Positions 38,939-48,805 of a DNA stretch of 64,000 nt are shown here, piece by piece. How positions within the stretch are numbered: the first letter of the stretch is position 1; each line of letters starts with the position of its first letter. Below the pieces are notes generated by a model. It worked only from the letters and a program-made list of their open reading frames with translations, was not told the DNA's origin and did no database searches. Both the position numbers and the translations under genes were made by a program. Location: assembly GCA_051252135.1 (NCBI GenBank), contig JBPOGH010000003.1, positions 237,738-301,737 on the forward strand, read 5' to 3'. Origin of the DNA: Verrucomicrobiaceae bacterium (GTDB lineage: Bacteria; Verrucomicrobiota; Verrucomicrobiia; Verrucomicrobiales; Akkermansiaceae).

Positions 38939-40294
38939 CTAATCCAGCACCACCGCCTTAAGGAAATTCACCATCACCTCCTTGGGATTCCCCACCGGAT
39001 TGTTCACCATTAAAGCAAAGGAATACCGCGCCCCCGACTTCCTGGTCAAGTAACCCGTGTAGGTCCGCACCCCGGTCATCCCCCCGGATTTCGCCCGCAC
39101 CCGCCCCTCCAGCACACTCCCCTGCCCAAAAGAAACCATCGTCCCGCTCCTGCCTGCCATTGGCAGCGATTTTTCAAAAACCTCCCCCGATTCATGACCC
39201 CGCGCCTTTTTGAGGATCAGCGCCAGTTGTCGGGGCGTAATGATGTTTCGCGGGGAAAGTCCCGAGCCATCATGCAGGACACACCCTGTAAGATCCACCC
39301 CCTGCCCTTCCCAGTGCCCGCGCACCAGAGTCAGCGCCTCCTCGGCCCGCCCCTCCTCGTCGAGAATTTTCAGCAGACAATCAGCATACAAATTCACACT
39401 CCGGTGATTCGTTCCGCGGACAATCTTTTCCAATGTCGGACTCTCCTGCTTGTAAATTTCATCCCCTGCTCCCCGACCAAGACGGACCTTTCCCGCAACC
39501 GGCACGCCCTGCTTTCTCAAATAATCCCGAAAAAGCTCCCCGCACATCAACGGAGGATTGGGCAACGAACCCCGGATCGTAAACAATTCGCCCTCAGGCA
39601 CTGTTCCTCGCATCGAGATCACTTCCGCGCGCGGACCACCATAAACATATCCCTGATCCCCCGACCCCTCTGGCCCCGTCAGCATCCGGTTCTCAAATCG
39701 AACCCCCGGCGGAGTTGGATCCGTCCGGACCAGTCTCGCCGGGTGACCTGCCTCCCCCGGTTGAAACGTCAGAGCATAGGAATTGAGGTGAAAATTGAGA
39801 CCCCACGCACCCGAACCATAATAATTCCCAACGTCCCCCCAGGGCCAGGCATTCGGCACAATCCGATCCTCAAATCGACCCGCATCCATTACCAAATCAC
39901 CTTCAATCGCTTCGACCCCCGCCCTCTTCAACGCCTCCGTCCACGCCTCAAACTCCGCATCCGGCGAAGTGCTCGCCAACGTCGGATCCCCGCCCCCCTT
40001 CACCACCAGATCATCCCCATCTCTCAAGAGCCGTGTTTCAAAACGATAATCCTTCCCCAGCACCTGAAGCGCGGTCGCGGTCGTCACCGCCTTCAAAGCA
40101 GACGCCGGAATGAGCCCCAAATCCGCCTGATGCGCCAATTCCGGCACATCTGCTCCCTCCAGCGGAATCAGACAAAACCCCACCGATGCCGTCTTAAGAA
40201 CGGGCGCTGCAAGCAACTGACTCACAGCATCCTCGCCTCCCCACCCGACACCGGCACTCAACCCAATCCCTACAAACATTCCTAACGCCCTCAT
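38939..40294 (-). CDS. dacB: D-Ala-D-Ala carboxypeptidase/endopeptidase PBP4 (peptidase S13)
   Basis: PASALK (SxxK), GGGDPTL, SVN, DGSGLS, AKSG. Confidence 0.92.
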   Translation of the reverse strand: MRALGMFVGIGLSAGVGWGGEDAVSQLLAAPVLKTASVGFCLIPLEGADVPELAHQADLGLIPASALKAVTTATALQVLGKDYRFETRLLRDGDDLVVKGGGDPTLASTSPDAEFEAWTEALKRAGVEAIEGDLVMDAGRFEDRIVPNAWPWGDVGNYYGSGAWGLNFHLNSYALTFQPGEAGHPARLVRTDPTPPGVRFENRMLTGPEGSGDQGYVYGGPRAEVISMRGTVPEGELFTIRGSLPNPPLMCGELFRDYLRKQGVPVAGKVRLGRGAGDEIYKQESPTLEKIVRGTNHRSVNLYADCLLKILDEEGRAEEALTLVRGHWEGQGVDLTGCVLHDGSGLSPRNIITPRQLALILKKARGHESGEVFEKSLPMAGRSGTMVSFGQGSVLEGRVRAKSGGMTGVRTYTGYLTRKSGARYSFALMVNNPVGNPKEVMVNFLKAVVLD

Positions 40295-40396
40295 TTGCCG
40301 GATTTCTACGCCAATCTTCTCTCCTTGACCATCGGTCTTTAGCCTTGCGAACGCCTGTTTAATTTGGAATAGTTAAATATCATATTTGCTTTAACA

Positions 40397-42139
40397 ATGC
40401 GGTTATTACCCATCAAAGCCCTCTGTGGCCTCCTCCTCGCCACCGGAATCCTCCTCGCTGATGAACCCGCCGAGCTTGAAAAACTGCGTGCTGACCGCAC
40501 ACGCCTCATCGACCTCGTCCTCAAACTTGAAGCCGACTTTTCCACCACCATCAAGGAGTATGGCGCACTCCAGACCGACTACGCCAAACTGCTTCAAAAG
40601 CCCCAAGCTCCCGATCAGCGGGGCGAGGTCGCAGGACTCCGCAAGGAACTCAGCGAAGCAGCCCGCAAGATCCGGCAAATGAAGCGCCTCGAAGACCGGA
40701 ACGAAGCATCCACCAAGGAAATCGCCCGGCTAAAGGAAACTCTCACCACAGACCTCGCCAACCTCCGTAAAGAACTCGTCCGGGAGCGCCAAACCCTCGC
40801 CTACACCCGCAACCAGCTCGACGAACTCCGCACCATCCAAATCGAGACCCGAAAAGTCGAAGACATGCTCCGGCTCGAAACCATCAAGCGCGCCGACCTT
40901 CAGGACTCCCTCCAAACCCTCCGGGGAGAGCGCGATGCCCTCGTCCTCCGACTCGAGGAAAACATGAGTCGGCTCGCGGAATCCGATGCCGCCCGCAAGA
41001 AAGCCGAAGGCCGCGTCGCCGAACTCGAAAAAGCCTCCGCCACTCTCCGCGAGACCATCGCCGCCAACGAGACCGAAATCACTGCACTCCGCAAAAAAGC
41101 CTCTGAAACCGACCGTCACCGCATGACCATCGCCCGGCTAGAAGGAGACAAAAAAACTCTCTCTGCCGATCTCGACCGCCACCGGATGGAAATCGCCACC
41201 CTCAAAAAGGACCTGGCAGGAAAACAAGACCTCAAAAAATCCTTCGACCAGCTCTCCCTCGACATGGCCGCCTCCAACAAGCGCCTTGCCCAACAGGACA
41301 GCGCGGTTAAAAAACTCACCGCTGATCTCGTTACCTCCACCAAGTTAAACAGCGAAATCACCACCCTGAGGACAAAGGAAAAAGAAGCCCTCACCAAACA
41401 ACTCGCCCTGCAGGAAAAGGAAGACCAGGCCTTCCGGGCCGAGACCGCCAAACGACTCGCCGAGATGTCCAACAAAGCCCAAGCCGAGGTCGCCAAACTT
41501 CAGAAAAAACAGGAAGAATTGGCCCGCGAAGCCACTCTCAAGGTGGCCGCCCTCGAGAAGGACAAAACCAAACTCCAAAACGAACTCGCAAAACGGGAGA
41601 CCGAACTCGCCAAGGCCAAAGCAAACGCCGTCGACCCGGTCAAAATGAACGCCGCTGTCGCTGAGCTGGAAAAAGAAAAAGCCGCTCTCGCCGACCAAGT
41701 CGCCAAGCGCGAGGCCGACCTCAAAGACACCCGCCGCGAGCTCGGAAAACTCCAGCTCAAGACCGAGGCCACCGAAAAACAACTCCACGCCCTCAAAGTC
41801 CGCTTCGCCCGCATCGAGCCCGTCCGCTACGCCCTCGGCGCCGCCGACGTCAAAGACCAACAGGAGCGCGTCCTGCGCGACGTCAAAGAAGTCCTCGCCA
41901 TGTTCCCCAGCGCCCGCTTCGAAATCGTCGGCCACACCTGTGATCTCGGCTCACAAGAAAGCAACCTCAAGCTCAGCCGGGAACGCGCCGCCTCCCTCCT
42001 CTCCTACCTCGGGGAAAACGGCATCTCCCCCGAACTTCTCAAAGCCCGTGGCATCGCCGACGCCGAACCCCTCGTCCCCAACACCAACGAGGCCAACCGC
42101 CGCCGCAATCGCCGCGTCGAGATCCACATCCTCGACTAA
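40397..42139 (+). CDS. Long coiled-coil protein with C-terminal OmpA-like peptidoglycan-binding domain
   Basis: Signal peptide, about 430 aa heptad-rich region, VGHTCDLGS..NLKLSRERA, NRRVEI. Confidence 0.85.
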   Translation: MRLLPIKALCGLLLATGILLADEPAELEKLRADRTRLIDLVLKLEADFSTTIKEYGALQTDYAKLLQKPQAPDQRGEVAGLRKELSEAARKIRQMKRLEDRNEASTKEIARLKETLTTDLANLRKELVRERQTLAYTRNQLDELRTIQIETRKVEDMLRLETIKRADLQDSLQTLRGERDALVLRLEENMSRLAESDAARKKAEGRVAELEKASATLRETIAANETEITALRKKASETDRHRMTIARLEGDKKTLSADLDRHRMEIATLKKDLAGKQDLKKSFDQLSLDMAASNKRLAQQDSAVKKLTADLVTSTKLNSEITTLRTKEKEALTKQLALQEKEDQAFRAETAKRLAEMSNKAQAEVAKLQKKQEELAREATLKVAALEKDKTKLQNELAKRETELAKAKANAVDPVKMNAAVAELEKEKAALADQVAKREADLKDTRRELGKLQLKTEATEKQLHALKVRFARIEPVRYALGAADVKDQQERVLRDVKEVLAMFPSARFEIVGHTCDLGSQESNLKLSRERAASLLSYLGENGISPELLKARGIADAEPLVPNTNEANRRRNRRVEIHILD

Positions 42140-42159
42140 ATCCGGGCCATCAGCACGGG

Positions 42160-42648
42160 CTACCCGCTGATCTTTCTTAAGAACGCCCCCACCCCGTCCT
42201 CGCCCTCTCCCGGTGCCCACGCCGCAAACTCCTTGTCCGCCGTCGGATCATAAGGCCCCTGCTTGCACTCAAAGACCACTGTATCCTCCTCCCGCACAAT
42301 CATCCCGTGCCAAACACCCGGTTCAATATCAATCATCCGGACCCCCTCCTCGCTCAGCAGCCAGCGATTGAGAATCTCGCCCTCAGGCGAAAACTCCAAC
42401 ACCTCCAGGCGCCCCCGTAACAAACACACCGACTCACTCGCATGCGGCATCGAATGCCGGTGCGGCTGAATATACGTCCCCGGCTGCATAAAGTTCGCCA
42501 TCCGCTGCACCCGCGCATCCTGACTCCGGTGCACCGGCAGAATCATCCGCTTCCTCGGACTCGTCCGTGACGCCTCCAACCCCTCCTCCATCGCCGCCGC
42601 ATCCAGCGTCACCACGCCTCCCGTCATATTTTCCAAGGCCGCACTCAT
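42160..42648 (-). CDS. WbuC family cupin-fold metalloprotein
   Basis: SPRKR..H, QRMAN..PGTYIQPHRH, WHG, ECKQGPY; start at MSAALEN. Confidence 0.85.
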   Translation of the reverse strand: MSAALENMTGGVVTLDAAAMEEGLEASRTSPRKRMILPVHRSQDARVQRMANFMQPGTYIQPHRHSMPHASESVCLLRGRLEVLEFSPEGEILNRWLLSEEGVRMIDIEPGVWHGMIVREEDTVVFECKQGPYDPTADKEFAAWAPGEGEDGVGAFLRKISG

Positions 42649-42720
42649 GCCCCCCTCGTACGAAACCCCATCCCCAATTCCAATCCGGAAAAGTCGCCCC
42701 ACCTTCCCATCATACCCGCC

Positions 42721-42810
42721 ATCCGATTGCTCATCCTCCTCCTGCTCACCTCCCTCGCCCATGCCTCCCGGTCCAATATCGTCGTCATCATGGCCGACGA
42801 CCTCCGCTAG
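42721..42810 (+). pseudogene. Relic of a sulfatase 5' end
   Basis: IRLLILLLLTSLAHASRSNIVVIMADDLR then TAG; no start ATG (ATC in its place). Confidence 0.65.
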
Positions 42811-42879
42811 GGCCACTGGGAGTGCACCTCCCTCAAAAACAACTCCAACCCGTAAAGCCCAATAAAGTCGTCCTCAAAT

Positions 42880-44070
42880 TCAAACCCTAAGCGGCGCAAA
42901 CTCCACCCGCTCCACTTCCTTCCCATCGAGATTTTTCACCGTCAACGTCAACGCCCCCTCATCCGCCGCGCCCTCAATCCACGTCGCCTGCTCCGGCTTC
43001 GGACCTCCGCCCACCAATTGCGCATAAGGAAAATCACCATTGCCTGGCAAAAAAGCAGTCTCATGCATGTGCCCTGAAATCACCACCTGCGCCCCCCATT
43101 CCACCAACGCCTCATGCCACTCATCGCGGCTCATCTTGCTGTAGGAATCGTAATTTCCATTCCCGTAATCCTCTCGCGCAATCACCCGCTCCTTCTTCCA
43201 CCGCAGCGGGATGTGACAAAAGACCACCCGATACGGCGCATCCCGAAACTCCGGCTGCGCAGTCACCTCCTTAAGCCATTCCGCCTGCTCCTTGCGCAGC
43301 GTCTCAAAAGCCACCCGTCCCCCAAAGCTTGGATGATCATCCGGCTTATCCTCCCCCGTGTGCAGACACACCACCGCCACCGGACCATTCCGAAAGGCGT
43401 AAAATGGCCGCCCGTTCGGCGTCGCGATCATCTCGGGCATCCGGTAAGCCCACTTTCCCCGCACATCGTGATTCCCCCACACCACCATCAACGGCCGACC
43501 CTCACTCACATCCTGACCCGCCGGGCTCAACAAGGTCGGCACCAACCACCCCTCCTTGTGCCAGTCATTGCAAAGGTCCCCGTTCCACAAAAGAAAATCA
43601 GCCTTCGGTGTCCCCGCGTGGAGCCGCTTCAGCGTCTCCTCATTCTGATGCGTGTCATTCCACACCACAAACGCGCTCTTCGCCGCGCCCGAATCCAAAG
43701 TACGAAAACTCCTCCACTCACTCACCACCGCCCCCTTCCCATCCGATGACACCGTGTGCCCACGCACCTCATAACGCGCACCCCCTCGCAACCCCTCAAG
43801 ACGCACCCGCACCACCTCATCACCCTGCGGCACCAGACCATGGGCATCCATCGAGACCTTCTCAATCTTCCCGCCCTCGTCCTTCACCTCCACCCAGGCC
43901 CTGCACAATCCCCCCACCGCCCAAACAATCTCCACCCCATCGTCCCGGGGCGCCATCACCACCATCGGACTCATTACCAACTCCAATCCCTCGTCAGACT
44001 GCGCTCCCAACCTCGAACTCACCGCCACCGTGCCACCGGAGACAGCTCCTAAAAATCCCCGTCGCTTCAT
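42880..44070 (-). CDS. Tat-exported metallophosphoesterase (purple acid phosphatase-like)
   Basis: MKRRGFLG twin-Arg signal; NDTH, GDL, GNHD, GHMH. Confidence 0.85.
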   Translation of the reverse strand: MKRRGFLGAVSGGTVAVSSRLGAQSDEGLELVMSPMVVMAPRDDGVEIVWAVGGLCRAWVEVKDEGGKIEKVSMDAHGLVPQGDEVVRVRLEGLRGGARYEVRGHTVSSDGKGAVVSEWRSFRTLDSGAAKSAFVVWNDTHQNEETLKRLHAGTPKADFLLWNGDLCNDWHKEGWLVPTLLSPAGQDVSEGRPLMVVWGNHDVRGKWAYRMPEMIATPNGRPFYAFRNGPVAVVCLHTGEDKPDDHPSFGGRVAFETLRKEQAEWLKEVTAQPEFRDAPYRVVFCHIPLRWKKERVIAREDYGNGNYDSYSKMSRDEWHEALVEWGAQVVISGHMHETAFLPGNGDFPYAQLVGGGPKPEQATWIEGAADEGALTLTVKNLDGKEVERVEFAPLRV

Positions 44071-44081
44071 TCTCTGATCTT

Positions 44082-47000
44082 CTACTGGGTCGCCACCAGA
44101 CGGAAGTACTTCTTCCCCCCCGCAAGAGTCGGATCATTCAGGAAACGGGTCACCTTCACCCGCCCATCACCCATGTTCACCCGGGACACCTCCACCATCT
44201 CATCCCCCACCGGAATCCACGTCGAAAGATCACTCGAAGCATAAACCGTGATCGTCGCCAGATCCGCCGTGATTCCTTCGGAATATGTCAGCGTCGGCAA
44301 AGTCATCACCCCCGCCCCCGTATCCTGGGCCGCCATCTCCAGCGTCACCGGAATCGCCGCAAACCCGAGATCGTTACCCAGCGCATAATCAAGAAGATCC
44401 GCAAGACCGTTCCCATCCGCATCAGCCAATGGCGCTGCCGGTAATGCCCGCGCATCCTCCCCTCCCGGATTCCCACCAAGGGTCGCACTCGCCCGCCAAT
44501 TGCCGGCCACCGACACATCCGGACTTTTCGCCGGATTCTTCAACACCAGACTGTATCCACTGTCAGCCTCCGTCGGCCACGGCGCCTCATCAAGATAGGT
44601 AAACTCCAAAATCGTGTTATTCCCGGCATCCTCCAGTTTGAGGGTATCCTTCTTGTTATTGAGCGCACTCGACTCCGCGAACACTCCCGCAATCGGATGC
44701 CCGCTCCCGTAAACCCCAATGAAGGCCCCCGCATCCCGCACCACCAACACCCGCTCGCCCGGAGCCAGACTCCTCACTACCGCCCCCGTGAAATCAAATA
44801 GAATCCCTGATGTAAATTTCACCCCGGTCAGGTCCAGCGTCACCGTCGGGCTGATATTAACCAGCTCGATAAACTCCGCCAACCCATTGGGCTCGGGATG
44901 ATACATCAGCTCGGAAATCCGCAGGAATTGCTGCGCCTCCGATGGCGTCCCCACATACGTTAGGCTCTGGTTCAGCAACCCATTGTTGTCGATCAACTCA
45001 ATCGTCTCTCCTCGATTCGACAAATGCCCCGAATAACCACCCTGCACAAACAACGCCTCGCCCCCCTTCGGCGACTCCGCCCGCGCCCGAAACACATTCA
45101 CATCGGGACTCACATAAACCGAATCATTCGGAGGAATCACCGTCCCGGGTTGGAAAGTGAAATCCACCGCACCATCAAGCCGCCAATCGGAAACATCGAT
45201 CGCAATATCAAAAGGATTTTCGATCTCAATATACTCCTCATCCTGGTTCCCCGAAGCCGGAGACACCTCAATACTCGCAATCTCCAGCGTCGGCTGCACC
45301 GGATCCACCGTCACCTCCGCCCCTCCATACAATTCCACATTCAAAAGGAAATCCTCATCCCCCGCGCTCTCATTGAAACCCTGGATCGTCAGCAAATTCA
45401 ATCCCGGCTTCAACGCACTCAGCTTACCCGAGACATCAAAAATTTCGTAGGAATTGATATCCGCCTCATGCGGCCCCGGTGCACTCGCATCATAGGTAAT
45501 CGCCGGAGCCTGATTGGCCGACTGCAAGACGCTCCCGTTCAACACCGCGAAAAAACCATCGTCATACTGCACCCGGAGCTCCAACCCCTCAAAGGCATCC
45601 GGATCATCCACCATGAAAGGAATACGAACATAAATTGAACTGTTCGCCGCCATCTCGGCCTCCACATCCGTCGCGATCACCGCCTCATAACCCGTCCCTT
45701 TCTCATACCCCAGCGGAGTCGCTCCCATCCCCCAAGCGGAATCATCAAACGGCTCTGCAAATCCCAACCACGATAAACCCAGTGACCCATCGGAGGGGAC
45801 AAAGTACTTCGACACCGCGCCCTTCTGAATCAGCGGAGTATACTCATAACCCGTCGTCGTAAACTGCTTGTGCGGAATCTGCCCGCCCTTCCCGATCACC
45901 TGATTATTGTAAATGTAGTTACGCCTCGGAGCCAGATATTGCGTCTCAAGTCGCGTGATCGCCTCCGCCATCGTCTCCACGTCATTGCTCGGATGCGTGT
46001 AGGGAACCTGTACTCCATTTCCACCATGGAGCCACGATCCCCACTTCTCAAAGTCCAGTTGGGCATCGGATTTCGCGTGCGTTGGATCGTCAATCAAAGC
46101 TGACAACTCCCCAAGTCGACGCTCGTAATACCGATTCTCAACCGGAGTTTCAAGCGGCTGAAGAAACCGGTCCGCCAAGGTCCGCACCCGGCGATAAAAC
46201 ATATTGCGCGTTCTCGCATTCGCATACATCTGCGAAACCAACCGACTCGCCCCACCCGTCTGCACAAAGACATTAAACTCCAGCGTATTGTTGAAGTACG
46301 CCTGCGGCTGACGCCAGAACCGACCATGGGAAAGATCCAAATCCCAAGGCAAAATGGTCCACTCATCCGTCTTCCCCGTATCCTGGTAAATATACCAGTT
46401 CTTACTGTGCATGTCGGTATTCCGGATCACCGCATTCACCGCCAACATGTTGATGATTTTGGGAAAATCAAGATTGTCGAACTGGTAATTCGTCAAAGCG
46501 GAACCCGTCAGATCCAGCCCGTCAATGAGAGCCTGAAACTCATCCCGGTTCGCCTCATCCTTCCGCGTCTTTTTCTCCACCCCGCTGAACGCATTATTCC
46601 CGGCATCCTTGTTCAAAGTGCTGTTGTAAACCTTGTAGAGAACCCCTTCCGGATTCAGCCCCGCGCGCTCCAGATAGGTCTCATCCGCATCCTCCACAAA
46701 GTCCGCCGTCGAAAAGAACTCCCCGTTCTGCTGCACCCGCACCGTGAAGGCGAAATGCCCGTGCACCCCCGACTCCCGCATCACCTCCCACGCCAGCACG
46801 TGACGCACTTTCGACTTGTCCGCCCAATTCGTCAGCAAATCGATATCCGAAACACGAGCCTCCCCCGCCCGCCATTCAAAGTGATGATCCGAATTAAAGT
46901 CGATATTGAAGGACTTCTTCGGAAACCCTCCCGTCGATTGCCCATGCTTCTTGAAGCCCACATTGTCATAAAACTGGCCCAGATAATACAACGCTGCCGG

Positions 47001-47936
47001 AGCCCCCGGATTGCCGGTCGGATAATCATTCTCCGCCAACGAAGGATTTTCCATAAACCAATGAACCACCGTCAGATTCGTCTCAATCGCCGGATCAATT
47101 CCCACCGTCCCCCAATACTTGGGCGAATCAACCGGATCGGGAAACGGAGGATCCAGCGTCACCGCTCCACTCGTATCAATCGCCCGGAACCGCCACCGCG
47201 TCATCTCCGCCGCATCAATCGCACTGCCCGGAATGGTCGCCGTATAAATGCCGTCGCCCGCCGTCACATCGGGAGCCGTCCCGTTGTCATTCATCGACAC
47301 CGCCACTTCGGACTCAAACATCTGCCGATAATAAAGAGTCACCCCCAGCACCGGATTGTTCAACCCCCGAACATGCGCCGTCACCACCAAATCCCCGGAC
47401 GGTTGCGCCGGATTCCGGGTCGCCTCCCCAATCACCGGACCCGCCGGTGTCCCCGAATTGTTCGCCTGCCCCGGCGTGGGATTCGCAAAAAATGCGAAAT
47501 CCGACCCATCCACCCCAAACGAACGGTCCTCCAACTGCGGTGGATATGCCGGAGCATACTCATGCACCACCGTCACCCCGTCCGGAGCCACCAAAGCCAA
47601 ATACTCCCCATCCGCATTCAAGGTGAAATCCGTATGAAGATTCATCCCCGCCACCGCCCGATCCTTGTTCGAAGCAAAAACCGTGAGATACCCTCCCTCC
47701 AAAAGACTCACCCCCGCCGGAAACGTCCACTTTGTCAGATTATCTACCCGATCCGTCAAATGATACCCCCCTAGATCCAACTCCCCCGCATCCGGATGGT
47801 GAATCTCAATCCAATCCGGATAATCCCCGTCCTCATCGGCCAAATTGGCACCATTTGAAGCAAGAAACTCGCTAATATAAGGAGCTCCAAAACAAAACGG
47901 CTGAATGGCAATAAAGAGAACGATCGAACATCTCAT
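44082..47936 (-). CDS. Secreted lamin-tail / CotH domain protein
   Basis: Three LTD-like modules, KKSF..F, KNWY, LPWDLD; ends KYFRLVATQ. Confidence 0.85.
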   Translation of the reverse strand: MRCSIVLFIAIQPFCFGAPYISEFLASNGANLADEDGDYPDWIEIHHPDAGELDLGGYHLTDRVDNLTKWTFPAGVSLLEGGYLTVFASNKDRAVAGMNLHTDFTLNADGEYLALVAPDGVTVVHEYAPAYPPQLEDRSFGVDGSDFAFFANPTPGQANNSGTPAGPVIGEATRNPAQPSGDLVVTAHVRGLNNPVLGVTLYYRQMFESEVAVSMNDNGTAPDVTAGDGIYTATIPGSAIDAAEMTRWRFRAIDTSGAVTLDPPFPDPVDSPKYWGTVGIDPAIETNLTVVHWFMENPSLAENDYPTGNPGAPAALYYLGQFYDNVGFKKHGQSTGGFPKKSFNIDFNSDHHFEWRAGEARVSDIDLLTNWADKSKVRHVLAWEVMRESGVHGHFAFTVRVQQNGEFFSTADFVEDADETYLERAGLNPEGVLYKVYNSTLNKDAGNNAFSGVEKKTRKDEANRDEFQALIDGLDLTGSALTNYQFDNLDFPKIINMLAVNAVIRNTDMHSKNWYIYQDTGKTDEWTILPWDLDLSHGRFWRQPQAYFNNTLEFNVFVQTGGASRLVSQMYANARTRNMFYRRVRTLADRFLQPLETPVENRYYERRLGELSALIDDPTHAKSDAQLDFEKWGSWLHGGNGVQVPYTHPSNDVETMAEAITRLETQYLAPRRNYIYNNQVIGKGGQIPHKQFTTTGYEYTPLIQKGAVSKYFVPSDGSLGLSWLGFAEPFDDSAWGMGATPLGYEKGTGYEAVIATDVEAEMAANSSIYVRIPFMVDDPDAFEGLELRVQYDDGFFAVLNGSVLQSANQAPAITYDASAPGPHEADINSYEIFDVSGKLSALKPGLNLLTIQGFNESAGDEDFLLNVELYGGAEVTVDPVQPTLEIASIEVSPASGNQDEEYIEIENPFDIAIDVSDWRLDGAVDFTFQPGTVIPPNDSVYVSPDVNVFRARAESPKGGEALFVQGGYSGHLSNRGETIELIDNNGLLNQSLTYVGTPSEAQQFLRISELMYHPEPNGLAEFIELVNISPTVTLDLTGVKFTSGILFDFTGAVVRSLAPGERVLVVRDAGAFIGVYGSGHPIAGVFAESSALNNKKDTLKLEDAGNNTILEFTYLDEAPWPTEADSGYSLVLKNPAKSPDVSVAGNWRASATLGGNPGGEDARALPAAPLADADGNGLADLLDYALGNDLGFAAIPVTLEMAAQDTGAGVMTLPTLTYSEGITADLATITVYASSDLSTWIPVGDEMVEVSRVNMGDGRVKVTRFLNDPTLAGGKKYFRLVATQ

Positions 47937-48027
47937 GGAATCGAAAACCTAACGTCATTCCCCTCACCCCGCGAGGGGTTTTTTTGATTGCCGTTATTTT
48001 CGTTTATCCTATGTTGATCAACCGCAT

Positions 48028-48753
48028 ATGAAAATATCAACCCTCCTCCAAACCCTTCCAGTGGGATGTCTGGCCCTCGCTTCCGCGCAGGCTGCCACGG
48101 TTTTCCAGCTCGGAACCGTCGATAATTCCCAGGCCGAATTCAGCCAGGAACTCGGAACGGGGGCGCCAGCTCCCGGAAGCCCCAACACCCGTGATGATGA
48201 CTACTATTTCGCCGGTACCTACCCCTCACCGATCGGCGTCGTCGCCGTCGATGAATTGATTGGCGATCCCGTCGATTCAAGCAACGCCTCCGCCGATCCC
48301 AAGGGATACGAGCGCGCCGTCACTCACAGCAACCCAAACAACCGGATCCACTTCAACATGGACTCAGCCGATGCCGCTGCAAGCACCCAACTCAACCTTC
48401 AAATCCCTCTTCGTGATGGCGGTTTTTGGGACGGTGCTGCCAACGGAGGCTGGGGAACTCACGATGTCGCCATCACCTTCAACGGCGTTTCCGTCTGGTC
48501 CATGACCGGCATCACCGCAGATGTCCTCGTCGATGAAACCTTTAGCGCGGGCTCTGTCAGTGCCTCTACGGGCGAGAACATCATTGAGATCATTCGCACC
48601 GGCGGCGATAACTTCAACGGAAGTGCCACCGTCAGTAACGGTTGGATCCAAACGGATGCCGTCACCCTCACCAGCAACCCGGTCCCCGAGCCGAGCTCCA
48701 ACGCTCTCTTCCTCCTCGGAACTCTCGGCCTCCTCGCTCGCCGTCGTCGCTAA
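48028..48753 (+). CDS. PEP-CTERM sorting domain protein with a CBM-like (PL4 domain III-like) beta-sandwich
   Basis: Signal peptide; C-terminal VPEPSSNALFLLGTLGLLARRRR. Confidence 0.9.
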   Translation: MKISTLLQTLPVGCLALASAQAATVFQLGTVDNSQAEFSQELGTGAPAPGSPNTRDDDYYFAGTYPSPIGVVAVDELIGDPVDSSNASADPKGYERAVTHSNPNNRIHFNMDSADAAASTQLNLQIPLRDGGFWDGAANGGWGTHDVAITFNGVSVWSMTGITADVLVDETFSAGSVSASTGENIIEIIRTGGDNFNGSATVSNGWIQTDAVTLTSNPVPEPSSNALFLLGTLGLLARRRR

Positions 48754-48773
48754 TCGACCACGCCTAATTCTTC

Positions 48774-48805
48774 AAACCACGCGGAGCAATCCGCGTGGTT
48801 TTTTT
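48774..48805. terminator. Bidirectional intrinsic terminator
   Basis: AAACCACGCGGA-GCAA-TCCGCGTGGTTTTTTT between convergent genes. Confidence 0.9.

Noticed and set aside
40355..40396. AT-rich stretch with TAGTTAAAT considered as a dif site
   Set aside because: It lacks a convincing XerC/XerD two-arm layout and is better explained as the divergent dacB/OmpA promoter.
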